From Malassezia furfur (Eukaryota): 44,926 nucleotides of DNA. The position numbers and the translations under genes were made by a program. The stretch lies in the NCBI GenBank assembly GCA_052055015.1, contig JBQJIT010000040.1; one strand, written 5' to 3'. The notes beneath the pieces were generated by a model, which saw only the letters and a list, made by a program, of their open reading frames with translations, searched no databases and was not told the origin of the DNA. Positions 1 through 10,707 of the stretch are shown here, piece after piece. Numbering within the stretch: the stretch's first letter is position 1; every line of letters begins with the position of its first letter.

Positions 1-88
1 AGGAGGCGGCGGGGGCGGGGGCAGCGTCCTGCGCGGCCACAACGGCGACCAGGGCAAACAGGGAAGCGAAACGGAGGTTCAGGAACAT
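1..88 (-). CDS. N-terminus of a probable secreted/cell-surface protein (truncated by window edge)
   Basis: ATG at 88 reads MFLNLRFASLFALVAVVAAQDAAPAPAAS...: basic residue, hydrophobic core and VAA|Q cleavage pattern of a signal peptide, then Ala/Pro-rich sequence. TATATA lies at 136-141 upstream. Not in the ORF track. Confidence 0.65.
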   Translation of the reverse strand, partial: MFLNLRFASLFALVAVVAAQDAAPAPAAS

Positions 89-375
89 GGGGGAGGATAG
101 CAAAAGGTGGCGTGTTGACGTCTGCGTGCGACTACTATATACCTACCCGCCCGCACCTGCAAACTAACACCGTGTTGAACTTGGGCGCCAAGCTCCATTC
201 ACATGTACGGATCGTGCAGATGCATCCTTGGCAGGGGCTTTCTCATTTGCCTGCCCTGCTTCCTTGTTCCGCTTATAGACGCATTGAGTTGATTTAGTCA
301 TGCATCATACGATCACAGACATCACGTGACGTTTCGCGACAGCGGCGGTGCTGCCGCAGTGACGCGTGTCTTCCA

Positions 376-1371
376 ATGCCGGCAGGCCAGCTGGTCGCGC
401 CGTCGCAGACAGAAGAGGCCTTTGTGCTCGAGGCGCTGCAGAGCGCCGCGCTCCGCACGGATGGGCGCAAATTTGCCCAGGCACGCCCCGTGAACATCGC
501 TTTTGGCGAGCAGCTCGGATGGTGTGAGGTGTCGCTGGGGAAGACGGTGTAAGTACACGTGTCCTGACGCAGCGTCGTCGCGTCCGTCGATGCTCTCGTC
601 GTGCCTCCGCGCGAGGAGCGCCCATACGAGGGAATGATCAATATAAATACCGATATCACCCCGATGGCTGGTATGGAGTACGACGCGGGCGGCGTCGCTG
701 GCGCAACCGAATCGCGCGAACGCGAGGCGCTCTTTGATCGCATGATGGAACGTGCGCTGCGCTACACCGAGGCCATTGACCGTGAGGCGCTGTGCATCAT
801 CGCAGGGAAAAAGGTGTGGTGCATCAACTTAACCATCCACCTCGTGTCGGACGAAGGCGCGGCACTGGACGCTGCGGTGTTGGCAAGTTTGGTCGCCTTA
901 CGACACTTCCGTCGGCCGGATGTGACCATCGCCGACGGCGAGGTCATTGTGCATTCACCGGACGAGCGCGTGCCCGTGCCGCTCGCGTGCCACCATCTGC
1001 CGCTGTGTGTGTCGTACGCCGTCTTTTTGCTGCGACCCAAAAGCGACGAGGAACGCAGCCTGCTCCTTGCGCAGTCGCGCACCGCCGCGCGCAACGACCA
1101 AATGGACGAAGACGTGGCGCAGACGGAAGTAGCCGCCGCACTACTCGATCCGTCGCTACTGGAGCAGACGCTGGCGCATACGAGCATAACATTTGTCATC
1201 AACGCTCAGCGCGAAGTGTGCGTGCTTGACAAGGCCGGAGGCGCACCGCTGCCATACCAGACGATTCTTGCGCTTCTGGGGGATGCTGCGAAACGTGCTG
1301 CTGAAATGGCTGCACTCCTGGAACGTGCCCTGGCTGACGACGCCCGTCACCGCGTAGTGTCTGTAGAGTAG
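376..1371 (+). CDS. RRP45: Exosome complex RNase PH-like subunit Rrp45 (EXOSC9)
   Basis: Exon 1 376-548 (LRTDGRKF..GWCEVSLGKT). The 24-nt intron 549-572 (GTAAGT..CTGACGCAG) removes an in-frame TAA. Exon 2 has AIDREALCIIAGKKVW, ALRHFRRPDVT and PVPLACHHLP. Confidence 0.93.
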
Positions 1372-1398
1372 CGCACACGAGATACCCACAACCTCCAC

Positions 1399-2787
1399 AT
1401 GGACGGTGCGCCGCCTGCCGCGGAGGCTCCAGAAGCAGCATGGACGGTGCAGACAGCGCCGCTACCCATCGAGGACCCAGTCGTGGATGTGCAGCGCATG
1501 CATGTGCCATCCTTTGGACCGCGTCCGAGCTACTTGCAGTCTAGTCAGGCACAGCACTGGACGTTTAGCACCGATCAACTCGCGCAACTACGCTCGCAGG
1601 CCAACCAGCAGGCGGCCGACGCCTTGAACCAGTACGCGAGCGACGCCAAGGTACGTACATCCCTGACACAGGAATCGGTTCCAGCGCTACTGAGCGTTGT
1701 AGATGAGCTTGCCATTATTCGCTTCTATCTGCTCCGCATTGGGCGTCTCGTGCGGGCCTTCCAATTGCCGTCGCTCATTGAATCCAGCGCGATGACCCTG
1801 ATGAAGCGCTTCTACTTGCGCAACTCGTGCATGCAGTTTCACCCCAAATTGATCATGTACGTGACATGCTCACCCAGGCTCACGAGCATCTACCTCGCAT
1901 CCAAGGCGGAAAACTACCCCTTGCCCCTCGCCAAGTTCTGTGCGCAGGTCAATGAGGCAAGCGCCGGGAAACAGACACCGACGCCCTCAAAACCCTCGGC
2001 TGCACGCGGCGATGTGACAGAAAGCATCATTCGCGACCTAGAGTTCGGTATGGTACAGAGCCTGGATTTCGAGCTGGCTGTACATGGAGCGCAGCGTGCA
2101 CTCTACGGCCTAATCCTCGACTTCCAAACGCTACCAGACCCGCTCTCACGAGAGGACCTGACGGCGTTTGCAGCGGCAGTGCAGGGATATGTACAGGGTG
2201 CGCGCCTCACCGATGCCGAATTCATCTACGCGCCTCCGCACATTGCGCTGGCCGCATGCTGGATGTGTGAAACGAAAGGACAGTCGGGCAACATTTCGGG
2301 CAAAGATGTTGTCCGGAAATGGCTCACAGCCAAGCGTGAGCGCGCATCTACGGCGCGCGTCGCACAGCTTGAGGCACGCACGAATTGGCGCACCAAGAAG
2401 CACGCCTTGGAAAAGGCGCAGCAGGACGCGTCGTCCAAGCAAGCGCCATCGCCGGCGACGTCCGAGCCGGCTGCTTCATTGGACTACAGTATGGAGCACA
2501 TCAAGGAATCCGGCGGGTTTTTGTCCACCGCGGAGCTCGAGCACATCCTAGATGAGATTGCCGCACAAATCCGCGGCCTGGCGCCGGACATCCCCGCTGG
2601 TGCGCCGCTCAAGCCCCAGGTGGATATGGAGCAGGTGAAGAAAATTGACCTTGCTTTGCGTGCGTGCCTCGTGCTCTTTGAATCGGGCAACCAGTCCAGC
2701 TCGCGGAAACGCAGTGCGCAGGACGACGACGGGCGCGCCAAGCGGCAGCGCACGGACGCCCCCGTGGATAGCGACGACGAATTGTAG
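1399..2787 (+). CDS. CCL1: Cyclin H / Ccl1 (TFIIH CAK cyclin)
   Basis: [28 protein letters not shown] and [17 protein letters not shown]. Two in-frame 21-nt introns, 1651-1671 and 1857-1877; removing the second restores [17 protein letters not shown]. Confidence 0.9.
   Translation: MDGAPPAAEAPEAAWTVQTAPLPIEDPVVDVQRMHVPSFGPRPSYLQSSQAQHWTFSTDQLAQLRSQANQQAADALNQYASDAKVRTSLTQESVPALLSVVDELAIIRFYLLRIGRLVRAFQLPSLIESSAMTLMKRFYLRNSCMQFHPKLIMYVTCSPRLTSIYLASKAENYPLPLAKFCAQVNEASAGKQTPTPSKPSAARGDVTESIIRDLEFGMVQSLDFELAVHGAQRALYGLILDFQTLPDPLSREDLTAFAAAVQGYVQGARLTDAEFIYAPPHIALAACWMCETKGQSGNISGKDVVRKWLTAKRERASTARVAQLEARTNWRTKKHALEKAQQDASSKQAPSPATSEPAASLDYSMEHIKESGGFLSTAELEHILDEIAAQIRGLAPDIPAGAPLKPQVDMEQVKKIDLALRACLVLFESGNQSSSRKRSAQDDDGRAKRQRTDAPVDSDDEL
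1857..1877 (+). other. 21-nt in-frame, stop-free intron (CCL1)
   Basis: GTACGTGACATGCTCACCCAG; excision removes a 7-aa insertion from the cyclin-box helix. Confidence 0.85.
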
Positions 2788-2803
2788 CTTCTCCACATCT
2801 GGC

Positions 2804-4875
2804 ATGGCCGCGTCGAGCGAGACGCGCCGCGACGCGTGCCGTCCCATTGCACGGCTCGATGCCGATGTCGTAAACCGCATTGCTGCGGGCGAGATCATTC
2901 ATCGGCCCTCCAACGCACTCAAGGAACTGCTCGAGAACAGCCTCGATGCGGAGGCAACGCAGATCAAAATTACGCTGCAGGACGGCGGGCTTAAACTGTT
3001 GCAGATCCAAGACAACGGCAAGGGTATCCCCGTGCAGGATATGCCACTTCTGTGCGAGCGATTTGCTACGTCGAAACTGCGTGCATTTGCTGACCTCGAG
3101 TCTATGACGACGTTTGGCTTCCGCGGAGAAGCGCTGGCAAGCATCAGCTTTGTCTCTGCGTCCGTCACTGCGGTGAGCAAGACGCGCGACGAGGACGTGG
3201 CCTACCAGTATGTGTCACACCTAACACAGAGCGTCGTATTTTGCCGGCACACTGCAGCCCCCCGCGGAGGGCCAAGAAGCCAGGCCGAAGCCATGTGCAG
3301 GAACCGACGGGACGACCATCACCGTGCGAGACCTCTTCTTCAACGCACCCCAGCGGCGACACGTATTTAAGTCGCCGTCTGAGGAATACAACCGTGCGCT
3401 GGATGTCGCGACCAAGTACGCCATCCACTACGGACATCGAGGGGTCGGCATTTCTGTCAAAAAAGCTGGGTCGTCTTCGTTTGATCTCAACACGCCGGGC
3501 CAGACGGGGCAGTCGACGCTCGACGTGATCCGGAACGTGCACGGTGCAACATTAGCACGCGATCTACTACATCTCCAGCCCTTGCACATGGAGTCGCTTG
3601 GGTGCACCGTTGAAGGTTGGGTTAGCAACGGGAATTGGGCGTCGAAAAAGACCACGTTCCTGTGCTTCATCAACAACCGGCTGGTGGAAAGTGCATCACT
3701 TCGTCGGTCGCTCGACACCATGTATGCCACACTGCTTCCCAAGGGGCGGCATCCATGGATCTATTTGTCACTGTCCATTGTGCCCAACCGCATCGACGTC
3801 AACGTCCATCCCACGAAGCAAGAGGTCCACTTCCTGGAGGAGGACGAAATTGTGGAACGCATCACTGCCTATACCCAAGATATTGTGTCCCAGCACAGCT
3901 CGTGTCGCGTCTTTTCCTCGGGCTCCCCAATGGGAGTCGCAACCTCGGAGAATACCGTGCAAGGTGGGTGCCGTAACTTACCCAGTGCTCGGCCCGCGGC
4001 AAAAGGGCTCAGATCCCCGGCACCTGGTGCGTGTCGACCACCACGCGCAGTCCTTGGATGCGATGATGGCCTCCGACACAGCCTCGGCGCAGCGTGGCCT
4101 GCAGGAACGCATTGCAGAGAGCCCATGCGAACTGACCAGCGTCCAGGAGCTTCGTACGGCGGTGTACCTCAAGCGTAGCGTCCCGCTCTCCGAGGTGATT
4201 CAAAACCATAAGTTTGTCGGCATTGTCGATGCACAGCAGGGGCAGTCACTCATTCAGCATGGCACGCAACTCTATCTCGTGGACCATGCCGCAGTTATTG
4301 AGGAATTTGCGTACCAGCTTGCCTTGCGTCAATTTGCGTCTTTTACGCCGATCCGTTTGGACCCTGCTCCATCGCTACGTGACCTGATCGGTGTGGGATT
4401 TGATGCGGAGGACGATCCGGCTAAGGCGGGCCTGGACCGCGGCGCCGTCGTGCAAAAGATCTACGACACTCTCCTGGCACGCGCCGAGATGCTCGAGGAG
4501 TACTTTGCGATCCGACTCAACGCAGAAGAAGGCACGGTCGAGACGATACCGGCTCTGCTGCCTCGTCACGGTACCATGGGCCTCGTGCTTGAGCGCCTGC
4601 CGTCGCTCTTTTTCCGCCTGGGGCCTCAGGTGGACTGGAGTCACGAAAAAGCATGCCTGGACGGCCTCTGCCGCGAGTTGGCCTATGCGCACGTCCCCTT
4701 CTCAGTGGGCCACACGGGCTTCGAGCAGGACGACGCGTGGACCATCCAGCATGTCTGGTTTGCCAGTTTCCTCGGGTCACGCGGCAAAATGGTGGTCTCC
4801 AAGACACTCGCCGTGCAGGCCTTTGTGCAGGTTGCCAGCCTGCCCGATCTGTACCGCGTCTTCGAACGATGTTAG
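2804..4875 (+). CDS. MLH1: DNA mismatch repair protein MutL homolog Mlh1
   Basis: [47 protein letters not shown] and C-terminal LYRVFERC. The 22-nt introns 3208-3229 and 3964-3985 join three ORF-track frames and restore [19 protein letters not shown]. Confidence 0.96.
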
Positions 4876-4892
4876 GGAAGGGTATATGTACA

Positions 4893-5514
4893 TTATTTTG
4901 TAGCGGAGCCTACGTCAAACACGCTGAGAAGCGCGAAGCACGCGTAGAACAGGCCGACAGGGTAGGCGACCAAGAACCGCTGGTTGTGCATTCCCAGGAT
5001 CGAGACGAAGATGCCGGACGCTGCAGTGCAGCACCAGAGAATGAACAAGGGCGAGATGATGTACCCAAACGTGCTGTTCAGGCGAACGAACACATTCAGG
5101 CAGCTCAGCAGGCACAGAGGCAGCAAGCAGTAGCCTAGCACGCTCGTCACGCGCGACGCATCAATGCCGCCCTCGGACATCAGATTCAAGAGAAAGTAGA
5201 TGGAGAGCACGCCCATGAGCCCCACGCCGTACACATACCCAAACTGCGACTTGCCCGCCTGCGTCAGTGCCTTCAAAACGTACCAGCAGGAGTAGCATGC
5301 CAAACACGAAGCAGAACAGCAGCGGCCCGGCGAGGTCCGTGTCGTCCATCATGTGCGCATCCTTAGGGTGGTCCGGTGAGAACTTGTGGAATGGGTTGAG
5401 CACCGCAAGTGACTTGTCCCAGACATGCGACAAGTTGATGTCGAGCTCTTCCATCAACGATGGCTCGCCGGGGAGGCCTCCCGTGCCAAACGCGCTCAGC
5501 CAGTCCATGCTCAT
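4893..5514 (-). CDS. YIP1: Yip1-domain Golgi/ER membrane protein (YIPF5/Yip1)
   Basis: GEPSLMEELDIN, DTDLAGPLLFC and SVLGYCLLP. The 25-nt intron 5259-5283 gives LLLL|AGKSQFGYVYG. Start is uncertain (5514 or 5508). Confidence 0.9.
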
Positions 5515-5624
5515 GTTGGTGTGCACCCAACCGCGCGACCACCCGCTGACTCAGCAAGGAGCCTGGCGCCGCCCAAAACTTTTTTGTTTTCCTTTTATCT
5601 GCGCCACATTCAAGCGGGGTTGCC

Positions 5625-6413
5625 ATGCCGCAGAACGAGTATATCGAGGAGCACATCAAACGCCATGGCCGCCGCCTGGATCACGAGGAGCGCATGCGCA
5701 AGAAGGAGGCGCGTAGCGTGCACCGTGCCTCAGCTGTGGCGCAAAAGACCGTCGGTCTGAAGGCCAAGATGCTCAACAAGAAGCGCCGCGCCGAAAAGGT
5801 GCAGATGAAGAAGACGCTCAAGCAGCACGAGGAGCGCGATGTGAAGAAGTCCGCCGCTCCGAGCGATCCCGACACCGCGCTGCCTGCCTACCTGCTCGAC
5901 CGCGAGGGCCAGAAGGATGCCAAGGCGCTGTCGAGTGCGGTCAAGGAGCGGCGCAAAGACAAAGCCGCGCGGTACAGCGTGCCGCTGCCGCAGGTGCGCG
6001 GTATTGCCGAAGATGAGGCTTTCAAGGTGGTCAAGACGGGCAAGCGCAAGCAGAATGGCTGGAAGCGCATGGTGACCAAGGCGACGTTTGTCGGCGACAA
6101 CTTCACCCGCAAGCCGCCCAAGCTCGAGCGGTTCATCCGCCCGATGGGACTGCGTTTCAAGAAGGCACACATTACGCACCCCGACCTGAAGGCGACGTTC
6201 CAGCTGCCCATCATCGGTGTGAAGAAGAACCCACAGTCGCCCACCTACACCCAGCTTGGCGTGCTGACCAAGGGTACGATCATCGAAGTGAATGTGTCCG
6301 ACTTGGGTATGGTCACGTCCGGCGGCAAGGTCGTCTGGGGCAAGTATGCGCAGATCACCAACAATCCCGAGAACGACGGCTGTGTCAACGGTGTGCTGCT
6401 GCTCTCGTCCTAA
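5625..6413 (+). CDS. NSA2: Ribosome biogenesis protein Nsa2
   Basis: [35 protein letters not shown] and [14 protein letters not shown]; intronless. Confidence 0.97.
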   Translation: MPQNEYIEEHIKRHGRRLDHEERMRKKEARSVHRASAVAQKTVGLKAKMLNKKRRAEKVQMKKTLKQHEERDVKKSAAPSDPDTALPAYLLDREGQKDAKALSSAVKERRKDKAARYSVPLPQVRGIAEDEAFKVVKTGKRKQNGWKRMVTKATFVGDNFTRKPPKLERFIRPMGLRFKKAHITHPDLKATFQLPIIGVKKNPQSPTYTQLGVLTKGTIIEVNVSDLGMVTSGGKVVWGKYAQITNNPENDGCVNGVLLLSS

Positions 6414-6447
6414 ACCAGAGCCTTTCTTTCTGTACCATAGACGTTCC

Positions 6448-7468
6448 CTACATGAATCCATTCACACTGAGCTCCATCGCAATGCGCAGCTGCTCCTCCT
6501 CTGGGAGAGACTCAAAGTTGTCCGGCAGACCCTCGAGGGTGCCCGGCTCACTCTCCTGTAGGGCATCGCTGGCCGCCGTCTCGGCGGGTACGTCCGCGAC
6601 CTCGATGGGATCTTCGGTGCCGCCTGGCGCCGGGTCATCGGTCGCGCGAAAGCGTCCAACGTTGCGCGACGCGGTTGTTTCGCTCGGTTTGCGGTACACG
6701 CGGTCCGTACGGAATGCCTGCCGGAACGCCTTGGTGAGGTTGTCCACCTTCACTTCGCCCATGCCCGGCAGCATGGCCAGTTTTTCGGGCGGCGCACGTG
6801 CCATGTCCGCAAGCGACTGGGTGAGGGGAGCCACGTACCCCGATGTGCGTCGACAAGGTCATGACATCTGTCTTGTTTACTCCACGCACGCTCGTCAGTA
6901 CGGCGGCGAGCTGGCTGCCATAGGTCTCGCCGACGCGCGTGCGAATCAGATCGGGCGGGCGCTGTTCAAACGCCTTGTAAGTCTCCAGATACCGCGCCGC
7001 CTCTTCTTGCCTGGATCAGCAAAGGCCACATACGTCCATGCCACTAGCAGCACCATGCGGTTGACCAGTGCAATTTTGGTGAGCTCCTTGATCGCTTGCT
7101 GGTGATCGCTCTTGGATCAGTCGGGACACGTACCACATCGCACAACACGAGGAGGACACGGAGGGTATACATATGTGCGAGTTTCTGGATCCGCATGTGA
7201 ATGTATTCGGGATGCAACCGAAAGTAGCGCAAACTAGGTGAGTTGTGCATCGCGCCTACCTCAAGAAGAGCACGCCGCTCGAGAGACCCACTTGGTAGTC
7301 CGGCACGATATCGGCATACTCCCATGCGACGCCCTTGATGTGCTGCAGAATTGGATTGCCCCTCTGGCAGCTGTTCACCAGGATCGAGTTGGAGGAGGCA
7401 TGCGCGCCGCGGATCAGCGGGTGCGGCCGTGCGCGCTGCGGACTTGCGTCCTCGCGTGCCTGGGCCAT
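6448..7468 (-). CDS. RAD10: DNA excision repair protein ERCC1/Rad10/Swi10
   Basis: Five exons; introns 7234-7259 (26 nt), 7111-7133 (23), 7011-7033 (23) and 6817-6838 (22). Spliced product has ILVNSCQRGNPIL, IVPDYQVG, LFLSLRYFRLHPEYI, VAWTQEEAARYLETYK and the HhH region LTSVRGVNKTD...LPGMGEVKV. Start is tentative. Confidence 0.92.
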
Positions 7469-7600
7469 GCCGGCGCGGTCACGCCTCCACTTTCCAAGGG
7501 CTCGGAGATGGCGTGGTTTCTGCACGCTGAGTAAGCAAGAAAAGCGAGCTAGAGTGCGCGCCGCTGCTGCTTCTTCCCACCGATTGTGTTTGATTCCGAT

Positions 7601-9763
7601 ATGCCTGGGACACTCGCTCTAGCCGCCGCTGCGCTGGTCGGTGTGCTCACGCTGTACTTCCTCAGCGGGGTGCTTTTTGGTGGTGGCGAGTCGAAGCCGG
7701 TGGAGGAAGAGACGCGCGACGACACCAACTTCGTGGAGCGGATGGCGAGCCAAGTACGTTGCGCGCGACTCATGCAGAAAAAACGGCTCGTTGTCTTCTT
7801 TGGTTCGCAGACGGGTACAGCCGAGGAGTATGCTATCCGCCTGGCGCGCGAAGCTAAGGAGCGTTACGGTGTCGGTGTGTTGGTACTCGACATCCAGGAC
7901 GAAGAGATGGACAAGCTCGACCAACTGCCGGAAGATTCGGTTGCGATCTTCGTCATGGCGACGTACGGCGAGGGTGAACCGACGGACAATGCGGTTGAGT
8001 TTATGGAGTTCTTGCGGTCGCCGGATGTCGCCTTCAGCGAGAACTCGACGCTGAACAACGTGCACTACGTCGCGCTCGGCCTCGGCAACAAGACATACGA
8101 AATGTACAACGAGACCATCAAACAGCTCGACGAGCGCATGCACGAGCTGGGTGCACAGCGCATTGGCGAAGTTGGTCTGTGCGACGACGATGCAAGCATC
8201 GAGGAGGACTATCTTGCGTGGAAGGACCCCATGTTTGAGCAGCTCGCGAGCTACCTTAACCTCGAGGAGGGCAACACGGGCGACATGTCCGACTTTACCG
8301 TCACCGAAGCAACTGAGGTCGCAGACGCATCGCGCATCTACCATGGCGAGCACCACCCGCGTGCGCTCAGCGGCGTCAAGGGCAACCACGACGCCCGCAA
8401 CCCGTATCCTGCGAGTGTTGTGCGCACGCATGAGCTGTTTACCGAGGGCATCGCCAGCCGCTCGTGTGTGCACATGGAGTTTGATATTCAGGGCTCCGGC
8501 ATCACCTACCAACACGGTGACCACCTGGCCGTCTGGCCGGTGAACCCGGAGCCGCAGGTCGAGCGGATGCTTGCGGTGCTTGGTCTGCAGGACAAGCGCA
8601 ACACGGTGGTGCACATCAAGTCGCTCGACCCTGCGCTGGCCAAGGTGCCGTTCCCTCAGCCGACGACGTACGAGGCCATTTTCCGGTACTACCTGGACAT
8701 CAACGCGCACGCCAGCCGTCAGGCGCTCGCGAGCTTTGTACCGTTTGCGCCCAACGTCGCGGCGCGCGAGAAGCTCGAGCGTCTGAGCAAGGACCGCGAC
8801 TTTTTTCTGTCGCACGTGAGCGACTACGGCTACAAGCTCGGCGAGGTGCTTCAGATGGTCGCGGGCGACTCGACGCGCGACGAAGACATCTCGTCGTCGA
8901 CTGTGTGGCCCATTCCGTTCGACCGCGTGATCTCGTGCGTGTCGCGCCTGACACCGCGCTTCTACTCGATCTCTTCGAGCCCGAAGCTGTCGCCCGACCG
9001 CATCCACGTCACGGCGGTCGTGCTGCGCTACACGCCGTCTCAGGGTACCAAGGACGTGTACGGTCTTGCGAGCAACTTTATCAGCTCGGTCAAGATGGCG
9101 CAGAACAGCGAGACGCCCGGTCTGGAGGACCCGCGGCACGGCACGCCGCAGTACCACCTGCGCGGCCCGCGCGATGCGTACGTCGACGAGGCTGCCGGCC
9201 AGTACCGTGTGCCGATCCACGTGCGCCGCTCGACCTTCCGGCTGCCAACGAGCACCAAGATCCCGATTATCATGGTCGGCCCCGGCACGGGTGTGTCGCC
9301 TTTCCGTTCGTTTGTACAGGAGCGCGTCGCGAACGCGCTCAAGGCGAAGGTGAAGCTTGGCGCAGATGCGCTGCAAGACTGGGCGGACATTACGCTGTAC
9401 TACGGGTGCCGCCGGAGCAACGAGGACTTCCTGTACAAGGACGAGTGGCCCGAGTACGCCGAGAAGCTCGACAACAAGTTCAACCTGCGTGTTTCGCTGA
9501 GCCGTGAGGTGTTCAACCCAGACGGTTCGAAGAAGTACGTGCAGGACCTCATCTGGGAGGACCGCGAGAAGCTCGCGCACCAGATTCTCCAGCAGCGCGC
9601 CCACGTGTACATCTGCGGTGAGGGCAAAGGCATGGCGCAGGACGTGGAGCACACCCTGGCCAAGATCCTCGGTGAGGCCAAGGGCGGCGGCATTGATGTC
9701 GGCCTGGCGGAACTCAAGGTGCTCAAGGACCGGCACCGTTTGGCGCTGGATGTCTGGTCATAG
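7601..9763 (+). CDS. NCP1: NADPH-cytochrome P450 reductase
   Basis: N-terminal TM anchor, FFGSQTGTAEEYA, ATYGEGEPTDNA, RFYSISSS, MVGPGTGVSPFRSF and C-terminal DVWS. In-frame 24-nt intron 7754-7777. Confidence 0.96.
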   Translation: MPGTLALAAAALVGVLTLYFLSGVLFGGGESKPVEEETRDDTNFVERMASQVRCARLMQKKRLVVFFGSQTGTAEEYAIRLAREAKERYGVGVLVLDIQDEEMDKLDQLPEDSVAIFVMATYGEGEPTDNAVEFMEFLRSPDVAFSENSTLNNVHYVALGLGNKTYEMYNETIKQLDERMHELGAQRIGEVGLCDDDASIEEDYLAWKDPMFEQLASYLNLEEGNTGDMSDFTVTEATEVADASRIYHGEHHPRALSGVKGNHDARNPYPASVVRTHELFTEGIASRSCVHMEFDIQGSGITYQHGDHLAVWPVNPEPQVERMLAVLGLQDKRNTVVHIKSLDPALAKVPFPQPTTYEAIFRYYLDINAHASRQALASFVPFAPNVAAREKLERLSKDRDFFLSHVSDYGYKLGEVLQMVAGDSTRDEDISSSTVWPIPFDRVISCVSRLTPRFYSISSSPKLSPDRIHVTAVVLRYTPSQGTKDVYGLASNFISSVKMAQNSETPGLEDPRHGTPQYHLRGPRDAYVDEAAGQYRVPIHVRRSTFRLPTSTKIPIIMVGPGTGVSPFRSFVQERVANALKAKVKLGADALQDWADITLYYGCRRSNEDFLYKDEWPEYAEKLDNKFNLRVSLSREVFNPDGSKKYVQDLIWEDREKLAHQILQQRAHVYICGEGKGMAQDVEHTLAKILGEAKGGGIDVGLAELKVLKDRHRLALDVWS

Positions 9764-10578
9764 CTACGTAGTCGTATCCGGAGGTGGGAGCATCGCGCCG
9801 TGGTTGGCGAGCCTGCGTTAGTGGGCGCCAGCGTACCGGTCGGCCATCTCGTTGCCGTGCGTGCCGGCGTGCGCGCGCACGTACACGAGCGACGGGCGCG
9901 GCATGCGCGACGTGAGGGCGTGGTCCAGCGAGACAATCAAATCCTTGTTCTGTACGTCGCCGCCCGTGCTGGTACGCCAACCGTTGCGTTTCCACGTAGG
10001 GATCCATTGTGTGACGGCCTTCATTGCGTACTGGCTGTCGGTAAAGATGCGCAGCGGCTTGCTCGGCTCCGGGCATGTCTCGATTGCCCGCAGGATCGCC
10101 GTGAGCTCGGCGCGGTTATTGGTTTGCACGGGGCCGGCCAGGCGGCACGCCAGGTTCAGATGGTGGTAGCGCGCATCGCTCCAGTACACTCCATAGCCAG
10201 CGACCGCGCCATCACGTCCGTTGCCGCGCGACGAGCCGTCGGTGTACACGGTGAGGCCGCCGGGTGTTGCGTCCGGCAGAATGCGCACGGCCTTGGCGGG
10301 CGTGATGAGCTCATTGTCGTCGTCCTCAGCCTTCCGCTTGGGTGGTGCGGGTTTGGGTGCGGGCTTGGGGACAGACGCTACGCGCGGTGCATCCTCGCCT
10401 GCGACAAATGCGTCCGCCTCGGCGCGCGTGGGAAACGCCTTGTATCGGCTGCCGTTGTGCCGCTCGACCTGCGCCCTGCACTGTTCCCTGCGTGAGATGC
10501 GCCGACGTACCACGTTTCGTACACGCCCGGCTTGCGTCCGACGCGCACCGCGTAAAACTTCGTCTGCCGCCGGGCCAT
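9764..10578 (-). CDS. RNH1: Ribonuclease H1 (N-terminal hybrid-binding domain + RNase H domain)
   Basis: FYAVRVGRKPGVYETWEQCRAQV after the 23-nt intron 10488-10510, then VYTDGSSRGNG, QTNNRAEL and IFTDSQY. HGNEMADRLA forms after the 24-nt stop-containing intron 9813-9836. Confidence 0.93.
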
Positions 10579-10707
10579 GGCGCTCGCCGCGCCGTACCAC
10601 AGGATGTTCCCCCCCCGCACGATGCACGAGGCTGCTTAGGTAACGCGCGGACGCGCGCGCCGCGCGCCCAAACCCGTACACACCTCCACCCTCTCACCTC
10701 CGCGCGC

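Noticed and set aside
7619..9736. 705-aa antisense ORF over NCP1 (likewise 36846-38876 over ADA2 and 13062-15629 over NIP1)
   Set aside because: Same shadow-ORF effect; no independent coding signal.
9764..10578. RNase H as a retroelement remnant
   Set aside because: It has the cellular RNase H1 N-terminal domain and introns; no RT, integrase or LTRs nearby.
10640..10670. CGCG-rich MCB-like cluster upstream of DBF4/RNH1
   Set aside because: Biologically plausible, but there is no exact ACGCGT and CGCG is very common at this GC content.
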